In this document: piece after piece, positions 1-9,157 of the stretch
Layout: each line of letters opens with the position of its first letter
How positions within the stretch are numbered: the first letter of the stretch is position 1
Assembly: GCA_018882585.1 (NCBI GenBank)
Contig: VFFB01000003.1
Span: 10,359 to 74,358 of the forward strand
Reading direction: 5' to 3'
Source of the DNA: Candidatus Kapaibacterium sp.
Lineage (GTDB): Bacteria; Bacteroidota; Ignavibacteria; Kapaibacteriales; Kapaibacteriaceae
Length of the DNA: 64,000 bases
Notes under the pieces: generated by a model
What the model was told of the DNA's origin: nothing
The model's input: the letters and a program-made list of their open reading frames with translations, nothing else
Databases searched by the model: none
Made by a program: the position numbers and the translations under genes

Positions 1-63
1 TGTCACGTCCTTCAGTACCTGATGCGTCCGAAACGTTTTATGTAGTGCGTTGACTGTGATCAT
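1..63 (-). CDS. nosF: ABC transporter ATP-binding protein NosF, N-terminus only (runs off the window)
   Basis: Manual translation from ATG at 63 gives MITVNALHKTFRTHQVLKDVT, a typical ABC ATPase start. It overlaps the nosD stop (ATGA) and sits in the canonical nosDFY position. Confidence 0.75.
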   Translation of the reverse strand, partial: MITVNALHKTFRTHQVLKDVT

Positions 64-1316
64 GGCTGCATCGTTGAAGGTCGCATGAGTGGTTTGGAGT
101 CCACGAGTGTTTCGGGCGTCATTGTTGGGATGATGCGTTCCGTCAGATCAAGGATCGTGATGAATGCCGTGTGCATTAGGATGACGGCCGATGGCATCTG
201 TTCGACAAGCAAAGCGTACAGGCGTACGGGGTGATATGGCACGTCGCCATATCCATCACGGTCAAGGTCGTAGCCGTCGTATGCGCTCCAGTAGTTCTCA
301 CGGAACAGGTTGTTGGATTCGCGTGTGCCGGTCGTTACATCGAAGGTATTACCGTCGAATGCGTTGTTGGTTATTGTGTTCAGCTCGCATCCACCAAGGA
401 TGCGAAGGCCATAGCCATTGCGAACAAAGGTGTTGTTGTGCATAAGGATCCGACTCGCCTGCTCGCCATGAATGGCCACGCTGTTGTGCACAAATCGGTT
501 GCCGCGCAGATGGCCATCGGTGATGTCCTTGAGCAGCAGGCCGTACGATGTTGGCCCCCAGTTATGCTGGAAGTTGTTGTCGAACATTTCGATCCACTTT
601 GAATACATCACGGCAACGCCGGCACCATTGTACTCGAACGTATTCGTTTTGTACGAGCACGAGTCCGAAAACATGAAGTGCAGACCGTATCGGGCATTAC
701 GCCAGCTGTGGTTGCGCATGACCGTGCCATGCCGCATGAACTCAAAGTAGATGCCGTCCCGATGTCCCGAGACGCTGTTGTCACTCACCAGAATATCTCG
801 ACACGTCCACGCATGGATGCCATTACCGGAATTGGATTCATCGCGCTCGGTTCCAATGATCGTGTTACCTGTGACTCTACAGTTGCTGCTCTTGCTAAGG
901 TAGATCGCGAAGAAGCCATTTTCGATACGACAGTTTGTGATCGCAACGCGCTGACGCTGGATGACCTTGATGGCAGCGTTATCGTCGACGTAGCTGACGG
1001 CGACATTGCGGATCGTGAGGTTGCGTATGGCAACATCATCGGCGTTCACCAACAGGATCGAGCTTCCGGTGGAAGCGGCGTCGATGACTGCACCGGGCTG
1101 GCCTAGCAGTGTGATCGATGTGCGAATGTCAAACGTGTGGCCACGGTGCACTCCGGGCATCACACGAATTGTGTCGCCGTTGGCTGCCACCGAAAGCAGA
1201 TGGCGCAGTGTGTTTTCGCCGCCGGGATATGCCCGGTGCATTTTCGAAGAGGCGCTGTATGGGAGTAGCAGGCCAAGAGTCACAAGAGCGAGCGATATGT
1301 GCAGTGATGCATTCAA
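60..1316 (-). CDS. nosD: Nitrous oxide reductase maturation protein NosD
   Basis: Signal peptide, parallel beta-helix repeats, and motifs GNGIHAW, RDGIYFE, RYGLHFM, NYWSAYDGYDLDRDGYGDVPY; nos context. Confidence 0.95.
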   Translation of the reverse strand: MNASLHISLALVTLGLLLPYSASSKMHRAYPGGENTLRHLLSVAANGDTIRVMPGVHRGHTFDIRTSITLLGQPGAVIDAASTGSSILLVNADDVAIRNLTIRNVAVSYVDDNAAIKVIQRQRVAITNCRIENGFFAIYLSKSSNCRVTGNTIIGTERDESNSGNGIHAWTCRDILVSDNSVSGHRDGIYFEFMRHGTVMRNHSWRNARYGLHFMFSDSCSYKTNTFEYNGAGVAVMYSKWIEMFDNNFQHNWGPTSYGLLLKDITDGHLRGNRFVHNSVAIHGEQASRILMHNNTFVRNGYGLRILGGCELNTITNNAFDGNTFDVTTGTRESNNLFRENYWSAYDGYDLDRDGYGDVPYHPVRLYALLVEQMPSAVILMHTAFITILDLTERIIPTMTPETLVDSKPLMRPSTMQP

Positions 1317-3316
1317 AGGTCAATTCGCAGGCCGGCGTGCACGGCTCTGCCTGCAACTGGGATGTTGTTGATGCTGGTGTGCTCGTGGTAGAGCCTGTTG
1401 GTGAGGTTCGTCATGCCACACTGCAGGCGCATGTACCGCAGTACCTGCCATGCCACGAGGACATCGGCGCGCCACCATGACGGAGTGGTGTCTTCCGGCT
1501 GGATGACCTGCGATGCACGTGGCTGGCCAACCGCAGCCGTAAGTGTCATCTCTGCCTGCAGCGACTCTGTTCCCAACACATTCCGCCATGTCATGCTAAC
1601 CGGGGCTATGAACGGCAATGGGTCGCGATAGCGTTCGCTGACACCCCACGTAGCCCTGATGGCGCCCTGCGTGCTCCACCATGAGGCGACGGCTGCGGAG
1701 GAGCTCAGGTCAAAGCCGTAGAAGACCGCTCGACCGATGTTGGCCATGGAGCGTGCCGGCAGACCATTTTCGACAAACAGGTTGGGAGCAGGGTTGGGTG
1801 CGATGTAGTCATCGATCATGCGGACATAACCCGAGCCGGTGATGCGCAAGCCGTTAACGCGATATGTGAACCGTGCCGTGGCACTCAGCGCCGACTCGTT
1901 GCGCAGCCCCGGATTTCCATAGGTGACAATGCCCGATTGTGGATCAAAGACCATGAAGCCGTAGAGCTCAAGGTGCGTCGGCATCCGTTGCGCATAGCCT
2001 GCCGTCAACGAACAGGTCATGTCTTCGGCGACGTCGTACGTACCTCCGATCGTTGCCGATACCGTTCCTTTCGTTCCATCGAGCAATGCCCCGGGGTAGT
2101 AACCGGAAAGCATGCTCCTGAACGATGGGTCTTGAACGGATCGAGATGCAATATCGGCACGCGCTGTTGCCTGCAACGAAAGGTCGCAGTTGACGGCAAC
2201 GTCGTAGGAGCCGGTAAGACCTATCTGCTGAACGCGCACGTCGCCTATGTTCGTCATCTGCATGATAGCCACCGACGTGTCGAACGGAACCATATCCATC
2301 GTTGCGTTCGCAGCCATGCTCGTGGCATCCACGGTCAGCGTTGTTACCGACGTTGATGATGTGATCGTGGACTCAAAGAGTGCCCCAATGACGCTGGTTG
2401 TGCCGTACATGGGCATGTACATGCTTGGCATGAAGGAACGTGAAGCGATCTCGGAGGTTGGACGTTGGTAATCGTCCATCACATGGTTTACGCTGTTCGC
2501 ATACAGTTTCAGCGAGGTGTTGGTGTTTTGTGACCACCGTTCACGCCATGTGACCGAGCCGATCAAGGCATCTGCCCGACGCGTATCCATTAGCAGTGAC
2601 GGATAGCCAACATCGTGGGCATGGTCAGCGATGACGCTTGCCACGAGCTCGCCGCCCTCTCGCAATCGCCATCCTGCCGATACATGCAGGTTCTGCTTTG
2701 CATACCCGCTGAGAGGCAGTTCGACTCCATTGGCCGCAACCATGTTGTCCACCGAGCGCTGCGTATATCCAGCACGGATTGCAACGTCGTCGGAACCCAC
2801 ACCCACATCGACTCGCACTCTGCGTGCAAACGCATTCGACGCCATCGAAAGATCAAGGGTGCTGTGAAGGGGCGAGGCATACCGAGGTTGCTGCGTAAGG
2901 AAGTTGAGCGATCCACCGAGTTGTTGTCCATATCGCAAGTCGGACCCGACAGTATTCACGTGCATCGTTGCAACATTGTCGACCTCGACGTATGCCGTTG
3001 CCGGGTCCATCTTGTCGACACATGCCGCGTGAATCTTCATGCCGTCGATCGTCGTCGAAACCTGGCCGCCGCGAAGGCCCATCATCGTGACTTCGCCAGC
3101 GAAACCATTCGCGCGCTGCACCAGGGAAAGACCGATGAAGCGCATCAGATCATCGATCGAAGCTGTTGTCGAGATCGACCGATCCTGCCGCCAAGGCTGC
3201 GTGAGCGGGTCGGCATGTACGACAACATCGGACGCACGATACGTATGGATGCTGTCCTGAGCCGTCGCGCCTGCAACGCCGAACATCAGAATCGCAACGA
3301 TGACGGCCACATGCAT
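1313..3316 (-). CDS. TonB-dependent receptor, OprC/NosA-like copper uptake type
   Basis: Signal peptide, plug motif IDGMKIHAACVDKMDP (CxxxM), NHVMDD (HxM), Met-rich segments, and C-terminal TBDR signature NLTNRLYHEH...GRAVHAGLRIDL. Confidence 0.85.
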   Translation of the reverse strand: MHVAVIVAILMFGVAGATAQDSIHTYRASDVVVHADPLTQPWRQDRSISTTASIDDLMRFIGLSLVQRANGFAGEVTMMGLRGGQVSTTIDGMKIHAACVDKMDPATAYVEVDNVATMHVNTVGSDLRYGQQLGGSLNFLTQQPRYASPLHSTLDLSMASNAFARRVRVDVGVGSDDVAIRAGYTQRSVDNMVAANGVELPLSGYAKQNLHVSAGWRLREGGELVASVIADHAHDVGYPSLLMDTRRADALIGSVTWRERWSQNTNTSLKLYANSVNHVMDDYQRPTSEIASRSFMPSMYMPMYGTTSVIGALFESTITSSTSVTTLTVDATSMAANATMDMVPFDTSVAIMQMTNIGDVRVQQIGLTGSYDVAVNCDLSLQATARADIASRSVQDPSFRSMLSGYYPGALLDGTKGTVSATIGGTYDVAEDMTCSLTAGYAQRMPTHLELYGFMVFDPQSGIVTYGNPGLRNESALSATARFTYRVNGLRITGSGYVRMIDDYIAPNPAPNLFVENGLPARSMANIGRAVFYGFDLSSSAAVASWWSTQGAIRATWGVSERYRDPLPFIAPVSMTWRNVLGTESLQAEMTLTAAVGQPRASQVIQPEDTTPSWWRADVLVAWQVLRYMRLQCGMTNLTNRLYHEHTSINNIPVAGRAVHAGLRIDL

Positions 3317-3318
3317 GC

Positions 3319-4104
3319 TTACTTCACACTCACTGGATACGAAACACTGAACTGCTGTCCACCGGGAACATCAACCGTTGCATCAATCTGCCAGTCGCCG
3401 GTCATCGTATAATTCACCTGGCCCGAGTACCAGCCATTGCTGCGCGAGACGGGTTGCACATTGCCATGACTGCCATGACCCATGGATGGCATGGAAGGAT
3501 TGAACGATACTGTGGCATCGTTGACGGGAATGAAGTCAAAACCGTCCATCGTCTTGTACAGGCCGAACTTGATATCATTCAGTCCCACCTTTTCTGTTGG
3601 ACATTGCAGGGCAATGACATACTTCATGCCCGAGGCATCCATGCCTGTCCGGACGCGCTCGGCAGCGCCCACAGGCACCACAACGGTCACCTCACCAGAC
3701 GAGTCGTGGTCGTTGTCGTGGAATTTGATCGTGATGGTCCATGCCGTTGTGGACGGCATGGTAAACAGTGCAGCTGTATGGTAGTATCCCTGTTGGTCGG
3801 GACTTGTACCAACCGGTTGATCAACGGGACAGGCGTGATGGTGCATTCCCATGTCCATATCAGAGATGATGGTCACGGTTGCATTCGTTACCACAGATCC
3901 ACTGTGCTTGAGACGCACATACAGGGGCGTGTATCCTACGGTGATCAGCCCTTCTGCAAGAAGGTCAACGGTGTATCCCTGAGTATCCGAAGACGCGATA
4001 AGCGATAATGTTGGCCCATCTACATTCGGAGCTGGTTCCGTGACCTGCGTACAGGCCACCAATCCCATGGCGATCACAATGGCAATAACTAGATGTCGGT
4101 ACAT
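3319..4104 (-). CDS. Lipoprotein with two YtkA/FixH-like domains, putative metal (Cu) chaperone
   Basis: Lipobox LVAC; Met/His motifs MDMGMHHHACP and PSMPSMGHGSH; repeated Y-x-x-x-x-x-(F/Y)TM-x-x-x-W pattern. Confidence 0.7.
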   Translation of the reverse strand: MYRHLVIAIVIAMGLVACTQVTEPAPNVDGPTLSLIASSDTQGYTVDLLAEGLITVGYTPLYVRLKHSGSVVTNATVTIISDMDMGMHHHACPVDQPVGTSPDQQGYYHTAALFTMPSTTAWTITIKFHDNDHDSSGEVTVVVPVGAAERVRTGMDASGMKYVIALQCPTEKVGLNDIKFGLYKTMDGFDFIPVNDATVSFNPSMPSMGHGSHGNVQPVSRSNGWYSGQVNYTMTGDWQIDATVDVPGGQQFSVSYPVSVK

Positions 4105-4195
4105 GGCGTTATCTGGGTAGTTATGGTGTGTAGAAATCTTGGTCGCCGGCTAACCGGTGCAACGGAAAGAAACGCGGACCAGTCTGCTGCGAGTG

Positions 4196-4642
4196 CTATT
4201 CCATCACCAACTTCACGACGTCGTCATAGCGGTGAATCGTACCGACGTAGTTGATGCGAGCACGTTCGGCATCGTGTTGTGTCGTGAACGCTGCTGCGTT
4301 CAACCCCATCGGAGAGCGTATCATGTCACTTTGGAGATACCAAGCCGAGCGTGCATCAATGAGCGTTCCCGGATTGACAAAATCTGTCACCCACAGCGAA
4401 TGAACATCGTTGCTGTTGATCGCCTTGGACTCAACGAAGTCGATCATGCACTCAGGCGAATCGAACACGTAGGTCTTCCCTGTAGACATCACTGCTTCAG
4501 CGCCAAACTTCGAGTCTGAAACGCCCATCTTGCATGCTGCGCATTGATCCTTGCCATAGCTGATCGCCTTAGGCTCCGGAGCACTGCAACCAAAGGCGCC
4601 CACGATCATAAGCAGCGCGACGAAGATTTGATGACGGCTCAT
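4196..4642 (-). CDS. nosL: Copper chaperone lipoprotein NosL
   Basis: Lipobox AFGC, CAACKM, FDSPECM and SPMG motifs. Start placed at 4642 (ATGA overlap with the upstream gene). Confidence 0.9.
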   Translation of the reverse strand: MSRHQIFVALLMIVGAFGCSAPEPKAISYGKDQCAACKMGVSDSKFGAEAVMSTGKTYVFDSPECMIDFVESKAINSNDVHSLWVTDFVNPGTLIDARSAWYLQSDMIRSPMGLNAAAFTTQHDAERARINYVGTIHRYDDVVKLVME

Positions 4643-5241
4643 GGAGACTGCCTTTCGGTAGCATTCACAGTTGCACGGGCGCTCCACCAAACGAATGCGC
4701 CCAGAGCAAATGCAAGGACGATGAAGCCAAAGCCGATTGACGGATATGAATGGGCTGTGAAGTTCAACAACTGCTTCGAGCCTATAAGGGGCGGCTGATA
4801 CGACATGCCGTCAATCTTAATGATGGCATGCGGGTCAAGGTTGTGACCGTAGTCATACTCCCATTGATAGAAGTCGATCATGCCAACCGTTCCTGCAGCT
4901 ACCAGAAGCATAAGCCAGACGACGATCACCCACCGCCTCCCGAGGGCCGCGGCCAGAAGGCCGAGACCCACGAGAGCGATGACAACCATCGGCATGTACT
5001 GCAGTTCCGGGATCGCATCGGGTTCGATCCGTTTCATGCCGATGTAGTGATTCAGATTGTTGATGTTGTCAAGGTCATTCGGACGAGAACCTTCGACCTT
5101 GTCAACATGAACGAAGATTCCCAGCTCACTCCCTTTCGGGTACTGCGGCGCCTCGAGCCAAATCGACCACATGGGGAATGCGAACAGTCCGAGCAGCGCC
5201 AGGGCAGCAGTTGCCATCAGCATCCGATGAAGAGCTTTCAT
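4639..5241 (-). CDS. Clade II nos accessory membrane protein (NosB-like)
   Basis: About 4 hydrophobic segments; PMWSIWLEAPQYP, NHYIGM, YGHNLDP and YQPPLIG motifs; directly after nosZ. Confidence 0.8.
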   Translation of the reverse strand: MKALHRMLMATAALALLGLFAFPMWSIWLEAPQYPKGSELGIFVHVDKVEGSRPNDLDNINNLNHYIGMKRIEPDAIPELQYMPMVVIALVGLGLLAAALGRRWVIVVWLMLLVAAGTVGMIDFYQWEYDYGHNLDPHAIIKIDGMSYQPPLIGSKQLLNFTAHSYPSIGFGFIVLAFALGAFVWWSARATVNATERQSP

Positions 5242-5250
5242 GATTGTTCC

Positions 5251-7200
5251 TTACCTCTTGTTCCACGTGAGCTGACCACTGCCGCCGTTGGAAACCCGGA
5301 CATAGCCTTGCATCTCCTGGTGGAGGGCTGAGCAGAAGTCAGAGCAATAGAAGGGATACACGCCAGCCTTCTTCGGCTCCCACACGATGGTACACGTTTC
5401 ACCCGGCATGATGAGCGCCTCGGAATTGTTTGCACCGATCACGGCGAAACCGTGAGGCACGTCCCAATCCTGCTCTAGGTTCGTCACGTGCCAGTACACC
5501 TTATCCCCCACCTTAACACCTTCGATGTTGTCCGGCGCGAAGTGTGAACGGATTGATGTCATGTACACGTGAACTTCGTTCCCCTTACGCTCGACCCGTG
5601 TGTCTGCCTCCTTATGTGTTGCGTACGGATGCTTGTTCTCCGTGATCTGATACATCTTCTTCGAGTTCTTCATGATCATGTCCGCCGGACATGCCACAGC
5701 GTAGTGTGGTTCGCCGATTGTCGGGAAGTCAAGAAGGAGCTTCATCTTGTCGCCCGAGATGTCGAAGAGTTGTGCCGACTGCGTCAGCTCCGGTCCAGTC
5801 GGGAGGTAGCGGTCCTTCGTGATCTTGTTATAAGCGATCACGTACTTGCCCCATGGCTTCGTCGAATTACCTCCGGGGATGCACAGGTGGCCGATCGAGT
5901 AATACGTCGGCACGCGGTCCACAACCTTGAAATCCTTTAGTGACCATTTCACGATCTCGGACGACACAAAGAAGGATGTGTAGGCAAATCCCTTTCCGTC
6001 GAATTCGGTGTGAAGCGGTCCAAGGCCCGGACGCTGCACTTCGCCAGCCAGACACTCCTTGTAGTTCAGAACCGGAATACCGGCGATCATTTTATCGACC
6101 TTACCACCTTCGATCGCCTTCAGCATCTTCGAGAACGACATCACAGGAATCACCGTGGCAAGCTTGCCGCCGCCAACGATGAGTTCACCGGAGGGATCGA
6201 CGTCGCAGCCGTGTGGCGACTTCGGTGTCGGCATGTAGAACAGTGCGCCCTTGATGTCATCGGCCGTAAGTACGCGCACCTGCTTCTTCATCGTATGCGA
6301 TGCGGAATGTGTTTCGTCGTTGTACACATTGTGTGCATAGTCCACGTTCATCATGCTGCCCTTACCCGCCGCAGCTAGCTCAGCGCACTTCTTCCAGTTG
6401 ATGGCAACGATGAAATCCTTGTCGTTCTGCGAGGCATTGATCTCCTTCATCGTGTTTGCCTGCTCGGAGTTGTAGCAGGACATGAACATCCAGTCCTTCG
6501 ACGGACCTTTACCTGCGCGTGCCAAGTCGTAATCGAAGCCAGGCACAAGCAGCTGGAAGTCAAGATTCATGTTGCCGCTCTTGGGGTCGACCTTCACGAA
6601 TGACAATGCCCCCTTGAATTTCTCTGAATACTGCTGGATGGAGACATCCTCCTGCGGAATCGGTACGGAGAAGCGTGTTCCTGCGACAACGTATTCCGAG
6701 TTTTCGGTCGAGAACGGCGATGAGTGGTTACCTGCGGCGTTCGGGATCTCGATGATCTCCTTCGTGCGGAAATCTGTAAGGTCAATACGGGCGATGCGTG
6801 GCGTGTTGTTACCGTTGATGAAGACCCATTTGCCGTCGGCTACACCGCCTGTCTGCGACATATCTGGGTGGTGTGCATCGTCCCACGGTACGAAGCCGTG
6901 CGATGTCATCAGCATCGGTTTTGTTTCTTCGGTGTATCCCCAACCCTTTTCGGGATCAACGGAGAAGACAGGTATCACGCGGAACAAACGACCGCTGGGC
7001 AAACCGTAAACGGCGAGCTGACCGCTGAAGCCGCCTGATACGAAGTTGTAGAATTCGTCCTTCTCGCCGGGAGCTACATAGACACGGGATGCCGCATCTC
7101 CGCTGAGAGCGCCGCCTCCAGCCTCGTTGTTTCCGGAACAAGACATGATCAATGCAGAAACTGCAAGGACCATGAGCCGAAGTAGTGTTTGCGTCGACAT
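5251..7200 (-). CDS. nosZ: Sec-dependent (clade II) nitrous oxide reductase, lipoprotein
   Basis: CuZ His motifs DAHH, GNHS, PHG, PLHT, IGHL, EPH; CuA ligands HGF and CSDFCSALHQEM; Sec/lipobox signal (IMSC) with no twin-Arg; no C-terminal haem domain. Confidence 0.98.
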   Translation of the reverse strand: MSTQTLLRLMVLAVSALIMSCSGNNEAGGGALSGDAASRVYVAPGEKDEFYNFVSGGFSGQLAVYGLPSGRLFRVIPVFSVDPEKGWGYTEETKPMLMTSHGFVPWDDAHHPDMSQTGGVADGKWVFINGNNTPRIARIDLTDFRTKEIIEIPNAAGNHSSPFSTENSEYVVAGTRFSVPIPQEDVSIQQYSEKFKGALSFVKVDPKSGNMNLDFQLLVPGFDYDLARAGKGPSKDWMFMSCYNSEQANTMKEINASQNDKDFIVAINWKKCAELAAAGKGSMMNVDYAHNVYNDETHSASHTMKKQVRVLTADDIKGALFYMPTPKSPHGCDVDPSGELIVGGGKLATVIPVMSFSKMLKAIEGGKVDKMIAGIPVLNYKECLAGEVQRPGLGPLHTEFDGKGFAYTSFFVSSEIVKWSLKDFKVVDRVPTYYSIGHLCIPGGNSTKPWGKYVIAYNKITKDRYLPTGPELTQSAQLFDISGDKMKLLLDFPTIGEPHYAVACPADMIMKNSKKMYQITENKHPYATHKEADTRVERKGNEVHVYMTSIRSHFAPDNIEGVKVGDKVYWHVTNLEQDWDVPHGFAVIGANNSEALIMPGETCTIVWEPKKAGVYPFYCSDFCSALHQEMQGYVRVSNGGSGQLTWNKR

Positions 7201-7236
7201 GTGGTTACTCCACGTTAGTTGAAGTTGGTGTTCTTG

Positions 7237-7680
7237 TTACTGCGCGCTTTTTGCGTGATCGCGCAAGTGTTCCAGTACGTTCCGAGCGTCCTTTTCATCG
7301 ACACTCTGATTCGGCATCTTCATCAGGAATTCCTGCATCAAGCACTTGACCGTATCGTCGTTTTCGATCATTGTCTCGGTGTCGAGAATCATGTTCATGA
7401 CGTACTCGGGTGTTCTGCGCTGCGTAACCTTGCCAAGGGCTGGTCCAACGTAGCGTTCATCGTATTTGTGACAGGCATTGCATTTCATGTCAAAGATCTC
7501 CTTGCCCGCCTTGGACATCGTGCCGTCTATTCCTTCGCCAATGTCGACATGCTGGATCTTGCCGTAGGTCTTCTTCGGCTGTTGAGCTTCCATGAACGAT
7601 TTGTTCTCTGCCGACTCTCCGTTGTTACCACTACAGGCAACAAGCCAGAGAGCTGTAAACAGGAGCATGAAGTACTTCAT
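7237..7680 (-). CDS. Monohaem cytochrome c lipoprotein, probable electron donor to NosZ
   Basis: Start MKYFMLL, lipobox LVAC, CNACH haem motif, distal Met in MKMPNQ. Confidence 0.9.
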   Translation of the reverse strand: MKYFMLLFTALWLVACSGNNGESAENKSFMEAQQPKKTYGKIQHVDIGEGIDGTMSKAGKEIFDMKCNACHKYDERYVGPALGKVTQRRTPEYVMNMILDTETMIENDDTVKCLMQEFLMKMPNQSVDEKDARNVLEHLRDHAKSAQ

Positions 7681-7697
7681 GATTGTCTCCAAGTGAG

Positions 7698-8390
7698 TTA
7701 GTAGGTGATGAGTGTGTCGAGGTTGTTCTGCGTCAGACGAGGAAACAGTATCGAGTTCTCCAGGAACACGTGCTGCATGGTGTCGGTATAGAATTGTTGC
7801 ATGCCAAGGTAGGCTGCCCGGTGCGTCGTACATGCCGAGGCAGGAGGCACAAAGTCGTTTGTGATCGCACGTAGACGTTGCAGCTTCATACCCACCTCAT
7901 CGTGTTCGGATTCATGTCTACGGATGTTCGCAACCGTGTCATTTGTTAACACTGGCATAGTGCCAGCAACAAGGACCTCGGCTTCTTCCTTGTCCATGTG
8001 AATGATCATTGATTGCCGGAGATCCTGAAGCAATTCCAGAATGGATTGAGCTTCGGCAAAACGCTCGCCATGCTTGCTGACCACTTTTGACATTTGCTCG
8101 ATCACTCTATTCAGAGCTACGCGAGCAAAGGCGTGGTGATTCTCGATCAGGAACTTGATCAGAAACTCCGTTGACCATTCTTCCGGGTGGATACTCCGGA
8201 ACACATCTGTCGAATCGGCTGCGTTGATCTCGCCCAGGACTTTCTGCGCATCCAGCGAGCGTTCACGGCATGCTACATCCAGCGGCCGATTACCTCCACA
8301 GCAGAAATCAAGGTTGTATCGATGGAATACGTTTGCTGCTGCCGGAACTTCCCGAAGGATGTTGCTGATAGTTGTCGATGCGTTGTACAT
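7698..8390 (-). CDS. ric: Iron-sulfur cluster repair di-iron protein (RIC/YtfE/ScdA)
   Basis: N-terminal LDFCCGG (ScdA_N); hemerythrin-like motifs ENHH, HMDKEE, EHD, HVFLEN. Confidence 0.9.
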   Translation of the reverse strand: MYNASTTISNILREVPAAANVFHRYNLDFCCGGNRPLDVACRERSLDAQKVLGEINAADSTDVFRSIHPEEWSTEFLIKFLIENHHAFARVALNRVIEQMSKVVSKHGERFAEAQSILELLQDLRQSMIIHMDKEEAEVLVAGTMPVLTNDTVANIRRHESEHDEVGMKLQRLRAITNDFVPPASACTTHRAAYLGMQQFYTDTMQHVFLENSILFPRLTQNNLDTLITY

Positions 8391-8391
8391 A

Positions 8392-8414
8392 GTGATAAGG
8401 GAGTCGCGTATCAC
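8392..8414. promoter_or_regulatory. Candidate Rrf2 operator, copy A (GTGATA-N11-TATCAC)
   Basis: 23-bp imperfect palindrome 1 nt upstream of the ric ATG; 18/23 identical to the site at 8895-8917. Confidence 0.65.
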
Positions 8415-8433
8415 CAATCGCAAACAAAAAAAT

Positions 8434-8886
8434 TCACGCGATGCGCGAGCCTTTTATCTGAATGCGCGTGGCAATGTCCGCTAATGTCGTTGAAGAAAAC
8501 ATGAGTTTAAGTCTGTTGCGCTCGGTTGACCAAGCGGTATGCATTGGACAGGGTTTTTCCTCTCCGCAGCCTGGTAATCCTAGAAGACACTCCTTAAAAA
8601 TGTCGTCACCGTCAATCGCCGCCATGATATCAAGAAGCGCGATCTGCCGTGGGTCCTTCGCAAGGGCAACACCTCCACGAGCACTGCGCTGCGAAGCGAT
8701 GATTCCCTGTTGTGCCAGCTCTGCCATCACTTTTTTAAGAAAGTGAAACGGTATCGACAGTGCCGTAGCGATCTCTGAGATCGGCCTGTACAGATCGCCA
8801 TTCGCATGCACAGCCAAGTATGCACATGCTTGAATGGCATACCGTGTTGACTTGGTAAGGAGGGCTGAGTGATGCGAGCGGGTCAT
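8434..8886 (-). CDS. Rrf2-family transcriptional regulator with three Cys (NsrR/IscR-like)
   Basis: Winged HTH with SQRSARGGVALAK; C-x6-C-x5-C Fe-S ligand set (CLLGLPGCGEEKPC); next to ric. Confidence 0.92.
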   Translation of the reverse strand: MTRSHHSALLTKSTRYAIQACAYLAVHANGDLYRPISEIATALSIPFHFLKKVMAELAQQGIIASQRSARGGVALAKDPRQIALLDIMAAIDGDDIFKECLLGLPGCGEEKPCPMHTAWSTERNRLKLMFSSTTLADIATRIQIKGSRIA

Positions 8887-8894
8887 AACGATTA

Positions 8895-8917
8895 GGGATA
8901 GGAGAGTCTTGTATCAC
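8895..8917. promoter_or_regulatory. Candidate Rrf2 operator, copy B (GGGATA-N11-TATCAC)
   Basis: 8 nt upstream of the Rrf2 start codon; near-copy of 8392-8414. Confidence 0.65.
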
Positions 8918-9157
8918 GAATATAGCACCGGAATACATTCTGAACAAGTAGTAGGCGTCCGATCGCGTCATGCAATGCATCGGCACGACGAACACGGCTT
9001 TTGTTTGGCATAAGCACTCATGACGGCAGCTCGGGTATATACGGGCCTATAGCTACCCATGAGCAAGCGCCCGCAGGTACAAGGTACTGCGAGCGCTTTG
9101 CTTTTCTCAGAGGGTCATTCTCGACACAGGGGCGCAGCCGTACACTGCCGATCTCAA

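Noticed and set aside
7681..7833. N-terminal extensions given by the ORF track (cytochrome c here; also sigma, comM, rsmH, murF, fibre and delta-60 genes)
   Set aside because: They overlap neighbouring genes or promoters; downstream starts restore signal peptides or family-typical N-termini.
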